64,000 nucleotides of DNA. Source: Octopus sinensis (taxonomy: Eukaryota). Position 1 is the first letter of the stretch, and each line of letters opens with the position of its first letter. Under the pieces are notes generated by a model. That model was not told where the DNA came from, ran no database searches, and was given only the letters and a program-made list of their open reading frames with translations. The stretch is from positions 87,296,001-87,360,000 of the forward strand of contig NC_042999.1 in assembly GCF_006345805.1 (NCBI RefSeq), given 5' to 3'. Shown piece by piece: positions 12,801 to 28,400 of the stretch. A program made the position numbers and the translations under genes.

Positions 12801-15800
12801 GTTAAATGCAGGAGGACAGATAGAGGCAAGGAGACATAGAGGAGGGAGATGGGAGAGAGGGGGAATAGAGAGGTTTAGAGAGATTGAGTGAAGGAAGGGA
12901 GTGGATAGAGAATAATAATGAAAGACAATGGAACCATTCTTATACAAAAAATGCTGGAAACCTTTGTGTTTTTGACGATATATGATAAAGGCATTGAAAA
13001 TATGGAAATTGCAAAAAGAAATGTGTCTATTTGTCTGTCTGCTTCTCTCTCTAACATACACTCTCTCTAACACACACACTCTCTAACATACTCTCTCTCT
13101 AACGCACTCTCTCTCTAACACACTCTCTCTCTAACACACACACTCTCTCTCCCTCTGTCTGTCTCTCAGCAAATAGCTGTGGATGTTACTGTTACTTTTC
13201 TACAGCTGAAGGGAGAGGTAAAATGTTTATCAGTATTTTCAGAGTATACTGATGTATACATCAGAAGAAAAGTAGATACATAGATCAAAATAAAAGTAGA
13301 TACACAGATACATACACACATTGGCATAAAAAAATATTTTGTGCAAACAAATCAAAAGAGCATAATTTAAAAAAACCTCTAAGCTGTGTTTCTGGCAGAT
13401 GTTCGAGTACATTTGAAGCGGTGTCTGCAGTAAAATAAACATGCTGGCCATTTTCTAAGTGAACTTCTAAACCCAAAACAGCTGGTGAGCATTGATGTTG
13501 AGGGTGGGTTTGTATTCCAAACCTAACCTCAACTGTAAAGCACAATTATTTTAGCAAGTATAAGAGATAACTCCAGACATATTTTGATCTTGTTAGATGT
13601 CCTCTGCAAAATAAGGAATTTATCATAAGTGTTGAAATAGTAAAGAATCACTACTGCATGCTAGTGTACATGAGTAGATGTGAAAAATTAGCATAATTAA
13701 AAACAGCAATAAACCACTGAGGGCAATTAATGTGTGTTGTGTCTGTGTGCAAATCACTTAATTCTGTTTGCTGTAGATATTAATTCCCTCATTTTGTTAG
13801 TTTTATTATGTGTGTATCAACAATGGGCTTTTTCCACTATAGAGAAAATTAGCGAGTAGATTGAAACAAAGTTTATAGTTGAGATTTTAAAGCAACCTTT
13901 ATTATTTGGAGGCAAAAAGTGAGTGAGCTGACAGAATCATTAGCATGTCAGACAAAATGCTTAGCAGCGTTTCTTTCGGCTTTTTATGTTTAAATGCCAA
14001 CAAGGCTGACTTTGCCTTTCATCCTTTTGGGGCTGATAAAATAAATATCAGTCAAATACTGGGGTTTATGTAATCAGCTTATCTCACCCTCTAAAATTGC
14101 TGGCCTTATGCCTATAGTAAAACAAAACGAAACAAAACAAAAACATATTTGGCAGGAAAGAAATTTGAAGTGCCGTTATATAAGAAGGCTTATTTTATGT
14201 TTCATAAGGATATTATTTATATAGATATGATATTGTCTAATTCATTTTATTTTTTTTTATTTTCTACAGATGAATGAAGAAAGACGTGAAGATGAATGGT
14301 GTAAAGAGGCTAAATCTATGTTATTGAAATATGCTAGTGAAATAGAGTTACCAGACAGGTATAACAATTTAAAACAAGATGTTTTTTCATTTTATTGAAG
14401 ATAAAAATTTTTAAATGTCTACCCAATTGCTTTTCTTACCTTTTTTGACATGAAAAAAAATGTATTTCAGAGTTTAGTTATAAATTTATAATTCTTTTAA
14501 CTTTCTTTTTATGTCAAATATTGTCTCAAAATAAAATTTCAGTAGTTGTTAGTTTTGTATATAATTATACAGCTTATTTGCAATTAATGAAGTTGAAATA
14601 TATCCTCTTCATTATTGTGTGTTGGAAGAATATAAGAGTCTTAGTTAGTGAATAAAAAATTCATGTTCTTAGTTGTGTGTGTAAGGGAATGGGTTACTGA
14701 GTGAAATTCTATTTGTGTATGTTTGCCAGATAAAAAGAATATTTCCTCCCACTTTCATTTTGATTAAAGTATTAGTACTAAGAGACTATTTGGTTGTCAA
14801 ATAATGAATTTATGTGAGCAAACTATCCAGACAAAGTTAGGCAAAGACAGAACGTAACAGTAGTAGAGAAATACCAATCTGAAAGTTGTACTTTTAATTG
14901 ACCTGTCTCTGAAAATCATTTCATTATCTTGTAAATAATTCAGGAATGGAGGAAGCTCATATGCATCAGTACTGAAAATTATAAGAGAATTGTTCATTTA
15001 AAGCTTTTGAAAAAGTTCTATTGATGTGCTAAGCTCATAAGAAACACTGATATTCAGTGAATAAAAAATAGTAAATTATAAAAAAAATTTTATTGTGTCT
15101 GGGGAGAGTCATTTTCTTTTTGTGACACACTCACCGGTAAAATTTCCACGTTTTTCTTATTTTTATTTTCCTAAAATTTTTGTTGCGACTAAAACTATTA
15201 AAAAGGTTGCAAGACACAACGAAAAATTTAGGAAAATAAAAATAAGAAAAACGTGGAAATTTTACCGGTGAGTGTGTTACATAATAAGGCACAAAAAGAA
15301 AATGACTTTCCCCAGACACAATAGAATATGCTTCAACACATGAACTCATAAAGAATCTTGCAAACCAAACCCAAAAACGAAATATGAAAAAAATATTTTA
15401 TATTGGCTTTGTTGCATATTTGCACAAAACATGTTTAAAATAGTAAACTCTTTCGTACAGTTCAGTCAAAGGAAAAATTTATCTAAATCCAAGTTTTATA
15501 GTTTTATCATTAGTATATATATTTATATATATTATAATTATTTCTTACAGCCCTTTGGATAGCATTATTGACCTACTTGGTGGCCCAGAGGCCGTTGCTG
15601 AAATGACAGGAAGACGTGGTCGAGTAGTAAGGAGCAATGATACAGGATGTCCTCGTTATGAGCTTCGTGATAGTCTCTCATCAGGTTCCAGTTCAGAATT
15701 AGAAAGTTTGAATGTGAATGAGGTAAGTATTCTGTGATAACTTCTACATTGATGTATGTTGCTGAATTCATTTTGGTCCTGTAAATGGTTGGATGGAAAA

Positions 15801-16427
15801 TAAAAAAATAAAAAAAAAAATGAGAAGCATGAAATACCATATATATACCTTCTTTTTTAGACCACAATCTTATATATTTGGTTCTTGAAATGCAAAGATA
15901 GTGGTGAGAACTTTATAGTCTACTAGATCTGACAATATGGTTGACTTAAATTCAAAATGCTCTAAAACTTAGGAAATTATAATTTTAATTAATAAGTTCA
16001 ATCACTCCTACTAATACTGCAAATCCCATTGGCTGTAGACATTAAAAAAAATACACACCTCAAGCTAATCAAAATCCGTCAGTGTCCTGTAAACTCACCT
16101 ATACACACCATGAACACTTTCTTGCAAAGCTGTTTCTCAACTTAGCAAATTTGTTTATCCCTCTTTCTTACACCCAAAATAATTTCTAATTACTACTACT
16201 ACAGCACTAGATTAATAAATTATGTTAACTCAGCAAGGGAGCCTTTATGTAATAACTCGATCAGTTAGAAACAGCAGCCAAATCACCCTCAGATTACATA
16301 GTACTATCTTAGAAAAGACATGCTGGATCATGGTGTTTTGAGTCCCCTGCAATGAGAAAAAGACAGTATGGTTGCATTTGGAATGCTTTGATCAGATCAC
16401 TGCTTGATCTAGGTTGATTTGGGATTA

Positions 16428-16460
<33 letters not shown>

Positions 16461-19400
16461 TGTGTACAGTGCTCAGGTGCACTACAACTCATCTAAAGTG
16501 TATATATAATCAGGTGTAGTTTCGGCGGATTTCGGAAAGCATGAGGGCCTTAAAAGATGCAGTGTCATGGCAGTCAACAACTGACGCAGGCAGTTTATTC
16601 CATGCTTCAGCAACTCTGAGCGTGAAAAAAAGGACAACATTATTTGTTAACCATTTAGAAATTACTCATAGAGTAACAAAGCCTTTTGTCATAAACCATT
16701 TTACATATGATATTCATTAAAATCACATATTTTCATTAAAATTCATAAAAATTGCTTACAGACTCCTCTTATTTCTTAGACCTTAATACTCAATGTCTCA
16801 CTTTTTACAAATTCTAAGGGTTAGCTATCTCAGTCATTGTTATGCTATATCATTGTTCAATTCAACAATACAGCGTCTTAGAAACTTGGATAATGAAACT
16901 GATGTGATGTATCCTGACTGTCACATTGAGGTTATTTCTATACAAGAGCATGCTGAAACAGACATATCAGGAACCATAGATATATCCAGTGGAGATTTGT
17001 CATCTTGTGGTTAAGATGTTTACTTTACAAATCATAAAGTCATGGATCCTATTTCTGGACAATGTATTTTATTTCTAATTGGCTCTAGTCTACTCAGTTG
17101 AAATGAGTTTTAACTGAGTGCTTGTGCAGTCTTCTCTCCAGCTGTCATATTCTAAATGCTCTGCTGGTCAAGGGTGGGAGGGACAAGAGGATGTCTGTGT
17201 GACAGCCATAGACAAATACATGTGTTGCTCCTTAACATTTTTATTGGTAATATTTTATTGCACATTTGTTTTAGCAGAACTAACTAAAATATGTAACTGT
17301 TACAATAACTTGTTGTAGAAGCTTATTTACAATAAAAAGCAGTGGGGATTTATTATTATTTATTAAATCTCAATTTTGCATGAAGTTAAAAATTTTGAGG
17401 TGAAATGATTTGATTACTCAACTGTTCTTTCAGCGGAATAATTTCATGGATGGAAGAAAGTTAGTTGCAATTATTTCTGATGCTGCAAGCACAGGTGAGA
17501 AATTGTTTCTATTCTATGAGAGAAATATTGAAACTCTTTGAATATTTTGTAACTTGGGATGTTTGCTGTTCACTTTGATATTTAGCTGTTAGATATTTAG
17601 TTGTTATGTATTTAAGCCTTTAGCATTTAAACCAGCTATGTCCGGCTCAAGTATTCTACCTGACCAGATCTGGCTTCTTGCATCTATCCTACAATGTCAT
17701 TCTAATAATAAACAATCACATAATCAAAATCTTGACACTGTGAGATAATGCATGACTAATTCAAAACAGTGTGAATAAATAAGCATTACATTTGAGAGAG
17801 TGATCTGAATGCTGAAAGGTTAAGCCTTCTATATTATGTAATGTGTGGAATAATTCTAATCGAGCTTTATATATATATTGTTGGATAAAGTGTCTGAGCT
17901 ATTGTAAGCATGGATAAACAAATATTTAAACAATGATATTGGTGAATAATTTTGGTCTGTCTCTATCACTTTTCACCAAGCTCTGTGTTGTTTGATTTAG
18001 TATATTTTATTATTAACTTTTTATACTTTATTTGCTATTGTGGAGGAAATTTTATTTTTACAGGAATATCATTACATGCTGATGTGAGAGCACCCAATCA
18101 ACGGCGCCGGCATCATTTGACCATAGAATTACCCTGGAGTGCCGACAAAGCTGTACAACAACTGGGTCGTTCTCATCGTTCTAATCAGTCAAGGTAAGTA
18201 GCTAAGACTCTACATCTTGTTTGGTACTAAAAAAAAGAAAATGTAGCATTTGTTTGTTTTCTATTTCATGGCTCTTTACTATGTCAAAGCTATACTGTAG
18301 CAACAATTAAATGAGCTATGTAATAGCTCGATTAATTATTACTACAGTATATCTTTGGTACAGTTACCTTTGTCAACTAGTTATTGTACCTTAGTGAAGT
18401 AATTATATATTATCTGGTCTACGAGGGAATTCCAGTCCTGCTTGAATTAGCAGCCAAAAATCCCTCAGATCACACACTACTATCTCAAATATGGAAAGAC
18501 ACATCAGATAACTCTATAAAGCTTTTCATCATATGTTGGCTCAGTTTTCACTGGAGGTGAAATATAACATCTTTCCTATCATAGGTATATTAAATGGTTC
18601 AGCTAACTTTTACCTAATTAGCCATAGCATCTAATTCAAAGTTTTTTAAATGCTTTTCACTGGTTCCTTTGAGATTCCTGATTATATATAATGTAGTCGC
18701 TATTCTATTCAAGAGCGCACAAAGATTGTTATATTCACTTTTTGTTCAGTGTTTTTTAGGTGTTGAAAATACATCTCTGAGTTAGTCACTGATACCTTTC
18801 CCTGCAACCCAGTCTAATTTATTTCATTGATTTTCACTCGTTTATGGATAAGGTGTCTTCCTTATTAAAATCTTCACTGAAGGAACACTTATATTATGCT
18901 TTCCATTTATTGAAGTATACATCTTTAGAAATTTTATATCTGTAAAGATTTCAGCACTTTGTAAACCAATTTGTACATTTAACATTAATTTCAGTGGTCC
19001 CCTCTATAAACTGGTAACCACAAACCTGGGTGGTGAAAGGCGTTTTGCTGCTGCTGTTGCACGTCGATTACAGTCTTTGGGTAAATTTTATTCTTACTTA
19101 TCCATTTCTGTTGAGTTTCACATTTTGTTTGCTTTTAATTTAATGAGTTGTTTATTTGGGAAATAACATGTCATCATGTAAGTTATACGTGTATTTATTG
19201 ATACTTGCTAATTTATATTTAATAATTAAATGAATTGGCCTTCCTATTCAGAGTAAGAGGGAAAAGAATATTTAATGAAAATAGGGTGCCCATAAAATTC
19301 AAGTAATTATACGTATATTTATTAACAGTTTCTAATTTATATTTAATAGTTAAATGAATTGGAATTCCTATCCAGAGTCAGAGTGAAACAAATATTTAAT

Positions 19401-22400
19401 GAAAATAGGTTGCCTATAAAATTCAAATAATAAATTGTCTGATAATCAAACTAGAATTAAATCATCATTTTATTTTACACTTGCTTTCCATGCTGGCATG
19501 GGTTGAACCAATATAAATTGGTTCAGTTATGGTAGTAAAATTGTGATTTAGAAAAGTGTTCATAATAGAAGAGCAGGATATTTTTCGGTGCCACAAATAA
19601 ATAGATTTATTTTAAGACTGGGTATCTTTTCCCTAAACTGTATGCGTTGAATAGCATATGGCGTAGTGGTTATGCAACTGGACTCTCAATAGGTTTGATT
19701 CCCTTTGTTGGGAGGTGTGTTGTATCTTTGGACAAAATACTTTATTTAATGTTGCTCTAGTCCACTCAGCTAGCAAAAGAGTATTAAGGCTACAAGAGCA
19801 CCTGGTCAGCATCAAATTAGTATGGCAGTGTTAATGAGTTACTAGTATAACCAAAAACTTTAGGCATGAAAGAAGGGTCTGTCCAGCAGTGTACTGCTCT
19901 AATCTATGTCTACAGCTTAGTTGTATATTCAGGAAAATGTATTTTTAAAACAAAATATTTTTATTTGGTTTTAATAGGTGCTTTGACTAAAGGTGATCGA
20001 CGAGCTGCAACAGGTGCAGATCTCACTGAATTCAATTTTGATACTCCATATGGACGTAGTGCTCTGAGAGTTATGTATCAGTATACATGTATGGTGAGTA
20101 AGGAGTTAAAATATCTTAGTTCTCTTCTGTTTATTGTTTTGTAATTAATGATTATTAAATGTATGTTTTTTTTCTGTCTCATTTTTTAATACTGTTTAAT
20201 AAAATTATTTTTAAGATTATTTAAAACTTATTTTTGCAGTCTGAATTGGTTCCTGGTATAGCTTTTAATTCTGTCAAGCAAAACGTGGACACAATTGACA
20301 ACTTTCATAAAATTTTGCAGGTTTGATAATTTTTTTCATTTATAATTTAACATTAATAGTTCTTATAGTTCAGCTACTAAAGAAACTATGTATAATACAA
20401 AATAAACTTTAAGTTAGTTTTATAGTCATGTTGGAGAAATAATAAAAGTAGATCTGAAATACTCTGTGATTTTAATCTACTTTCTAAACAAACATTTCAG
20501 AATTTATATAGTCAAAGCATATTATATAATCTTATATAATCTCTGTGTAACATTTTTTAGAATGATGGATATGAATACCTAATTCTTGGATAGTACTTCT
20601 TTTTTTTTCTTTAACCTGTTGGGTTTGGAAGAATAGGTGGCACCCATGGCCTTTGAAACTAGTGAAATAAATGCCATTAATGTTCTCTTGAAATTTTTGC
20701 AAGCCAACATTTATGAGAAAAACATTGGCTAAGAGAAGATTCTAAAAAGCTGATATTCTGGGCTGGAAGGATGACAAGATTTAATGGTTAGTGTGGGGCC
20801 TGGGTGGATGGATATGAGGGTGATGAGAGGAGGAGAGATGGATGGGTCGGAAGTGCCAGAATGGAGGAGGCACATGATCAGCCAATTCTGAGGAATAGAG
20901 ACTATTATAGTAGCAGTAAAAAATACAGAGAGGCAAAAAGAGGAGACTGTACACCTGCGACCAGAAACTAGAGCATGTCTCAAAGTGATTTTATGTCAAA
21001 CAATTGTACAACCTTTCTCTGGATGTTCTCTAGGATGTCTGTGTAAGTATAGCAGCAGCAGCAGCACTGTTCAAGATGTGGGAGCAATACTTCATTTGTG
21101 GGCCTCGCTTGAGCTTTGTAGAGTGTCAGTAATTGTAGAGACTGAAATATTCCACACTCCAAAAGAGAAGGGCCAGTCCTTGGGATGCAATTCTAGTTAT
21201 TGTAATTTATTTACTGGAAAGTGTGTATTGGGCACAGTGATTTATCAAAATGTCGTAGTTTTGGAAGCATCGAAACGTTTTAAATAAAAAGGTTGGAAAT
21301 GAGAAACTGATTATAGTTACTATAATAGTTGGAATTGGGTTAAAGATTATTATTATAATGATGGAAATAATATATTATATTTGGTGTTCATTTCCTATTT
21401 AAATAAAGACAACTTTGTCTTAAGTCTTTCTAAATATCACCAGATATTTTGTTTATTTAACTGTGGCACAAATAAAATTTCAGTTTCAAATTGTGATATG
21501 ATCTGTTTTTTCTGCTTTGGAATTCTACAAACTAGTTAAAATTGATGAATGAAAGAATATTTATAATAAATTAGCAGTATCGCCCGGCGTTGCTCGGGTT
21601 TGTAAGGGAAATAACTATATAAGCATTTTTAGAGATGTAAAGTATAATAGCCATCTCAATATGGCTAACCACAAAGGGGGGTGTTACTGTAGCTTTTTAC
21701 GTTCTGAGATTTAATAATACATTTTTGAGAGTTACTTCCCTTATATAATAGCAAAAAAATGCATTAAAAATGGGAAAAAAATAATGGTAAATTTTTTTTT
21801 AAATCGTAGACTCATCGTAGACGTGCACTAATACCCAGAAGGGCTTGATATGAATCACGACTGTAAGATAACCGCTTTTGGTTACACTGCACCGCAAAAT
21901 GTGGGAGTAGTTAGGAATCTAAATCGTAGGAGACAGACACACAACTTCACTTTTATATATAAAGATTTGGCATTAATCCTTTTGATACCAACCCAGCTGA
22001 AACCACCTCTGACTGTAGTACAAATGTCTTGTTTTCACCAAACCATAGTCACAATTTATGTTTCTAACACTAGTTTAATAAAACCAAGTTATTTTGCTAA
22101 ATTCTTTGTTATATTTAAAATTAATTGAAAGAAATATGGAGCATCTCAACAGAAATATGATAACAAAAGGGTTAATTGTGCCTATTTGCTATTCTTGGCA
22201 ATGATTTCTGAATTTATAGTTGTTTATAGTTAATTTCTGAATAAATGTTTTCTTTTTAATTCTGATACTATGTTGAAACTAAATATCTTTTCTTCATTTC
22301 TATACTAGGATTGTTTAATTTTGATGGGGATTGTTGATATGGATCCAGTTAAATTTACTGTCCAGGTTAAGAAAGAAGATTTAGGCAATGTTGGTAAATT

Positions 22401-25400
22401 TCTCAACCGTATCCTTGGTCTTCCTGTGATGAAACAAAACCTGGTAATTGTTGCTTTATTTTTAAATGTAACATTTTTTGTTGTTTTTATAAAAATGTAT
22501 TTGAAGTAACTTCTCAAACTTGACAGTCTTCACTAATTTTATTTTCATAAATATTTGAAAGGAAGAAGAAATATCAGAGTAATTATATTGTTCTTTGATG
22601 ACATTGATGATCTCAAAAACAATATTTAGCAGTTTAAATGATAATGGCATTATGTTTTAACTAAAGAACAGCTGTAGTATCCATTAATAATAAACCTTGG
22701 AACATTGATAAACAGCTTACATACTTCTATAAGTTCTAAATGTAAATTATTTAGGAGTCCTTCATGACTTGTGCTGTAATTGGAAAAAGATTGAAATCTT
22801 TTCAGTTATAGTAGTGAAACATATTATTTTAGTTCTTCATTCTGTGGCATTTCTTTTGTATATTTTTGAAATTTTAACCCTCTGCCTGTCCAAAGCATTT
22901 TCATTAGTTTGTCCTAAATGTCCATACTTGTTTTCAGATTTTTAGTTAGCCTTTGTTTCATACATTCTAAGTAATATAAAGCTTTCCTTTCATAACTCCC
23001 AAGCTAATCTATTGGTTGAAAAAATTGGACATGTGTGTCATGTATGATGCATGGATGTCAGGGAAGTATGTCCTCTGTATTATATGTGATACACTGGACC
23101 GGCAAACAGTTAAACTAAAGCAATATACCTTGCTTATTGGAACAGTGCTATGTTTGAAGATGAGTTATTGCCCCAGTTTGAGAAAAGGAATTGAGTTGCA
23201 TCTTCTTTATAAGTTCTCTTGTTTTTTTTTGTTTATCACAGATTTTCAACTATTTTATTCAATGCCTGGATATAACAATACAGAATGCTAAGAGAGAAGG
23301 AAAGTAAGTTCATTTTTAATTTTGTGCAATGCTGTAAAATTAAATAATTAATTCAAAATTGACTATTTTATAAAATAATTTTGAGATGAGAGACTCTAAA
23401 AGTAGTTAAAAGAATAAAAGTTCATCTATTTTGTTTTCTCTTGAACTTTCTTAACTTTCTATTAATGTAGTTACAATGTGGCTTTCGCTAAAGCATTTTG
23501 GCATTATTTTTTTATTGTTTGATTATTAAAACCATTACCTGAACTCTATATTTTTATGGGCTTTGTCTTGTTTATTGTGTTCAGTAAGATTAAAAGGTTA
23601 TTACTAGCAATCTTTGTAAAGTTATAAATCAGATCTGAAGTTTTCTGGAATCAAATGAACATGTAGCTCTTTTCTCATGTAAGTAGGCCTGTTAAAGGTT
23701 TATAATCAAGAGTTAATGTTAGATTTACATTACGATGATGATGATAATAGGACTCAGACCATTTACTAGAGTCAAATTTATTATATGTATTGAGATGACT
23801 AGTGGCAGCTGATTGAAGCAGAACTTCCAATCTGCCCAATTATGTTATAATTATTAACTTTTTGTTCTGGTTATCTGAAGGAGTTGGAGCTTTGCTTATT
23901 GCAATTTCAGACCCTCTTCAATTGGATATTTAGACACACATATGGAAAATGTTTAGTAAACATTTTGAAGTTAGTTCATTGAAAGAAACAAAAAAATATA
24001 GGCACAAGTAAATATTTTTAGGGGAATGTAATTTTGAGTTCTGTATTGTTCACTTAGGAATGTTTGATTTGAAAAGATTATAGTAATGTTGATAGGCTGA
24101 AGTAACGGTGAGCAGGTCGTTAAATTACAGGAGAAATTGTTGAAGTAAGATGACATATGAGACAAATAACAGCTGGTGTGAAAGCCAAATATTTGTTAGC
24201 TAATGTTATGTCCCTTTTATTAGAACATTAAGGGATAACCTTACGTAGTATGGGGGAAAATATCAACATTATTTGAAAACAAATATAAAAAATAGAATGA
24301 ATAAAAAAACTATGGCTGATGATTTATATAGGACAGTACATTATGCCCATTTAAAGATGTTTGTTTTTATTGCATGGGTATGATGTTTTTAGGTGAAAAG
24401 TTGTGGAGGATGGAAACATGTTAGGTCTGTGTATGAGTATGTTTGATTTGGAGTAACTGAGCAGGTCATTGACTTACTGAAGTAAATTAGGGAAATGTTG
24501 TTGAATTCAGGAACACTCCTCAGTTAATAGAAAATGGGCTGAAGTAAGCCCAGTCAACATATAACTGCAAAAGGACAGTCTGTTAAGAAACTTTATGAGA
24601 TTCTCCTTCTGACATACTAAAGACTTTGCTGATGTTGGAGTTATATGCTAGAAGTTTCTATGGTCAGACAGTTTGTCCTTATATGGTCAGAGAGTTTCCA
24701 TTTGTTTTTATAAGATATGGGTAACCTTTGGAGCATATAACATGATGTTAGAACCAATTTCTTTAAGATGAAATGTTCAGTGGAGAGTCAAGAATGGAAG
24801 TTTGGAAAATGTTTTGTGTGTATACAAATTGGAATTGGAAACCAAGTGGCCAGCACATGTAGTTGCTTTATCTGCAGGACATCACTTACTACAATGTTGT
24901 TAATCATCCTTTTAGGAAGTAAAGAAGCTTGTTAACTTTGTGATACTTGGAAACACACTTTTACTTTCTAGGCATTTTGTAAGTGTTTAAATGGTAGGTG
25001 AATGCCTCCTAATGAGTGAGGTACATGATTTCCTGTAGGTGTTGCAGTCATTGCTCTTTCCTTGTATGTTGTTCTTTCCCTAACTGTTCATTGATCACTT
25101 GGAGGTTATCACTTATCTAGTTCACTTGTGTAAGAGATGTAGAGACACGTAATCTACTTTGCTGTCAGATATTGGTTTAGGATGAAGCCCATCAACCAAC
25201 TTGTGTAATGAACATAGAATTGACTAGTGACTTATTAGCTGACTAGAAGTGTCAGAGGATTTGAGAGTAGAGCCTGTTGATGTGAGTTGCATTGTTTTGT
25301 GTTGGTTGGTAAAAATCAAGTTAAGAGGTGAAAAAGTGATCAAGTGCTAGTTGATCAGATTTACTAAGGAAAATGTTGTTTTGATGATAACAAATGTTTA

Positions 25401-28400
25401 TTTTGACTTTTAGATACAATGAAGGTCTACTTGACATTACTGCCAGCTCAGTAGAAATGGTTGGTGAACCCAAAGAAGTATTTAAAGATTTGACCAAAGG
25501 AAACACTGTGACCAAGTAAGTTTCTTTTTATCATTTAAAATAATAATTTTTTATAATTTTTACAAGGCCACGTTTTAGTAGAAGAGGGATATAGTTGGCT
25601 TAATTTCTGTTAATTCATTTAAACATTTATGTTGTTAATCCTGGGATTTGAACTTATGACATATGCAATTAAACACTGACGGCATTTAGTTCTCTGCACT
25701 TTAAGATGATAATCATCTAAATCTATATAACATAGGTATTCCTACAACTGACCGCCTGTCCTATTTCCTGGTGAGAAAGTAATCTGTTAGATTTGTTGTG
25801 TTTGCCAGATTGGTTGGAGATGAGGTAGTCAGCTGGTTTTTTTAAATGCCTATCGCAAACTGTTAGATCAGAACTCCATGAACTTTACACCTTCCTCATT
25901 TCTTGAACCATAACCATAGCTTCCATATGTTGCAGAAGCCATCAACACACTGGTCGACATATCTGTTGATGTCACCAGCCATGATAATTAGGTCACTGTC
26001 AGTAGTTATTAAGGTAGTCTGTAGAAGGTTTCATAGAAGCAGCCTTTCTCTTCTTTTGGCAGTCCTGCCTGTGGAATATATTCTGAGATAAATGTTGCTA
26101 TTGCATTGTCAAAAATTAGTCTCAACCTAATTATTCTATCATACAGTAAAAAGCTCTTTGTGAAGTTATTGATGTTAGAAAGGACATCCAGCTGTAGAAA
26201 CCATGCCAAAGTAGGCACATATCCTGGTGCAGCCCTCTGGCTCATCTGTTCTTGTTGAGCTGTCCAACCCATGCCAGCATGGAAAAAGGGACCTCAATTG
26301 ATGATGATGGTAATGACAACCTGAGTACCTCAGTTACTTTATGTATCCATTTCTCAGCCAGCAGTATGCTTTACCTACCCTTTCTGTCACTATTACTCAG
26401 AAGAATTTGTATTGCAGTCTCTTGTCTATGAGAAGGATCCCTTCCACTTTTTCTCTTGCACACTGTGCACATCCACTTGTCTCTGCTCTAAAATCTCCAT
26501 AATCTCACCAGTCCTGCTTTTCATCATGCCCCTTTATTATAGTTACTGCCTTAAAGTTTTGGAACTTGCAAGAAAGGTAGGTTGGAGGGTCTTCAATGGT
26601 AAAGGTGCTTGGTTGTTGGTTCATTATAGTCTGATTGCATTAGTACCAGTGGGCAAGTTGAGCCATGCTTTGCCAGCAGTTTGTAGATTATACATGATTA
26701 CTTTTTCCCTTTTTGTTTAATTTGCCATCAGTCGTTCATTCTCCAACTCTTGCTGCATATGTGCAAATAGGTGCCATTTAAATTATCATAAATAAATAAA
26801 TATGTAGATAAAGGTTCTGATGTCATTTTTAATGTACCATTGTTACATGTTTGCTATGATTTTTATTACTGTTGTTGGCAGGAATCTGGTGCAGGGGTAA
26901 TAGATATATCAGGCATATGGGATGAATGGGGTAAGTGGGGATGGGAACACAAATAGTCACTAACGGTAGGAGGTAGGGACTTATTACTGATCAAGGGACA
27001 AAAATGAGAGAGACATTCTGTATAAGAAGTTGGAAAGGATAAGAGCAGGTACATCACTTCAAGTTTTGTGGGGACAAATGGAGAACAAAAAAAGAGGAAA
27101 GAAATATTTTAAGCATGGTTTAGAGAAGGAAAAGAAAATTGTTTGAAGCATTGCTCTCAGAGTTGAGAGCATTGCAACATCTTATAGCTTCCTAGGAGCC
27201 ATTAAAATGTACTGGTTTAAGCTAATGAAGATGATTGCTTAACTCCTGTTGTCATTCATTAATTTATATTATGCTTTGTATTCTGTGTATATATATGTGC
27301 ACAAACGTTGACTGACTTCAAATATGCAGTTTACTTGCTATTGTTGGTCTTTGAAGTTATGTCATCCTCTTTTCTTGTAAAAATAAATATGACCCCTTGA
27401 TGGAAGATATTGAGTGATTCTTCAGATGTTTTTATATATAGCTTTACATTAAAGCAAACAGCAACACAGAGACAGAACTGTCCATTAAAATTAGTGTAGT
27501 ACGAATTCTTTTTTCCTACCCTATCAGTATCTTTGGAACTTTTGTCTCTTTAGTGTTTCTTCGTAGGATTTACATGGTAATAGGTGAGTCATCTGTTTCT
27601 TAACTTGTATACAGGAATGCAGAAAAGGTGAAGAAGAGAAAAAGAGACAGAAGAGGGTGAAGAAACTCTGATCTTTTACAACTCTAAATAAAATTAAAGT
27701 TTTGTTACTTTACAAATGAATTTTGGTTGATCCTATTACCTCAAACAAATGTAAAGTTTCTTTATGCAGCAGTTAGTTTTGAAATTTTCCCATTACTATC
27801 CTCTTCCCTCTCACTGCTTGAATAATTTATTCTGTTCGTTCTATTTCATGAAAATATTTGCCTTCAATGCCATGCTAACAGTTGAATTTCTGTTATAACT
27901 CTCTTGATTATCTTTGGTTGAGCTGATTATTTCCCTTAGCTTATCACCTTGCATGCAACCACACCAACATGAGAAAGCAGATGTTAGCAGACTGATACAA
28001 TGTAATACTAGATACTTTGTATTTTCTACCTCAGATTAGCATTTTCTCTATTGGTATACTTTTTTTCTTTCAGCTAATAGTTGCCCAATATTTTAATAAA
28101 ATGCTTCTCTGTAATTCTATATTTTTGCAGTAAGGAGGATGAGAACTATCATATAGCTGTTTATAGAAGATAAAAAAAATTATTTATTGATAATTTTAAA
28201 TAGCAATTGAAAATAGAGATTTAGTAAAGTTATATTGGTTTATTAAGAGTGAAATATTTGCAACTTAACTCAGATTTAGAATACTCTTTTTGATAGTAAA
28301 TAGGTAATGTTTTGATTCATTATTGATTTACAACGTGTAATTTATATCTATATATAAAGTAATTAACATACTCAAATATAAGGTATACTGTGTTTTATGT

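Noticed and set aside
12537-13079. 180-aa ORF here and a 186-aa ORF at 36292-36852
   Set aside because: Leu/Ser/Pro-rich readings of purine/pyrimidine-biased low-complexity DNA, with no domain or splice support.
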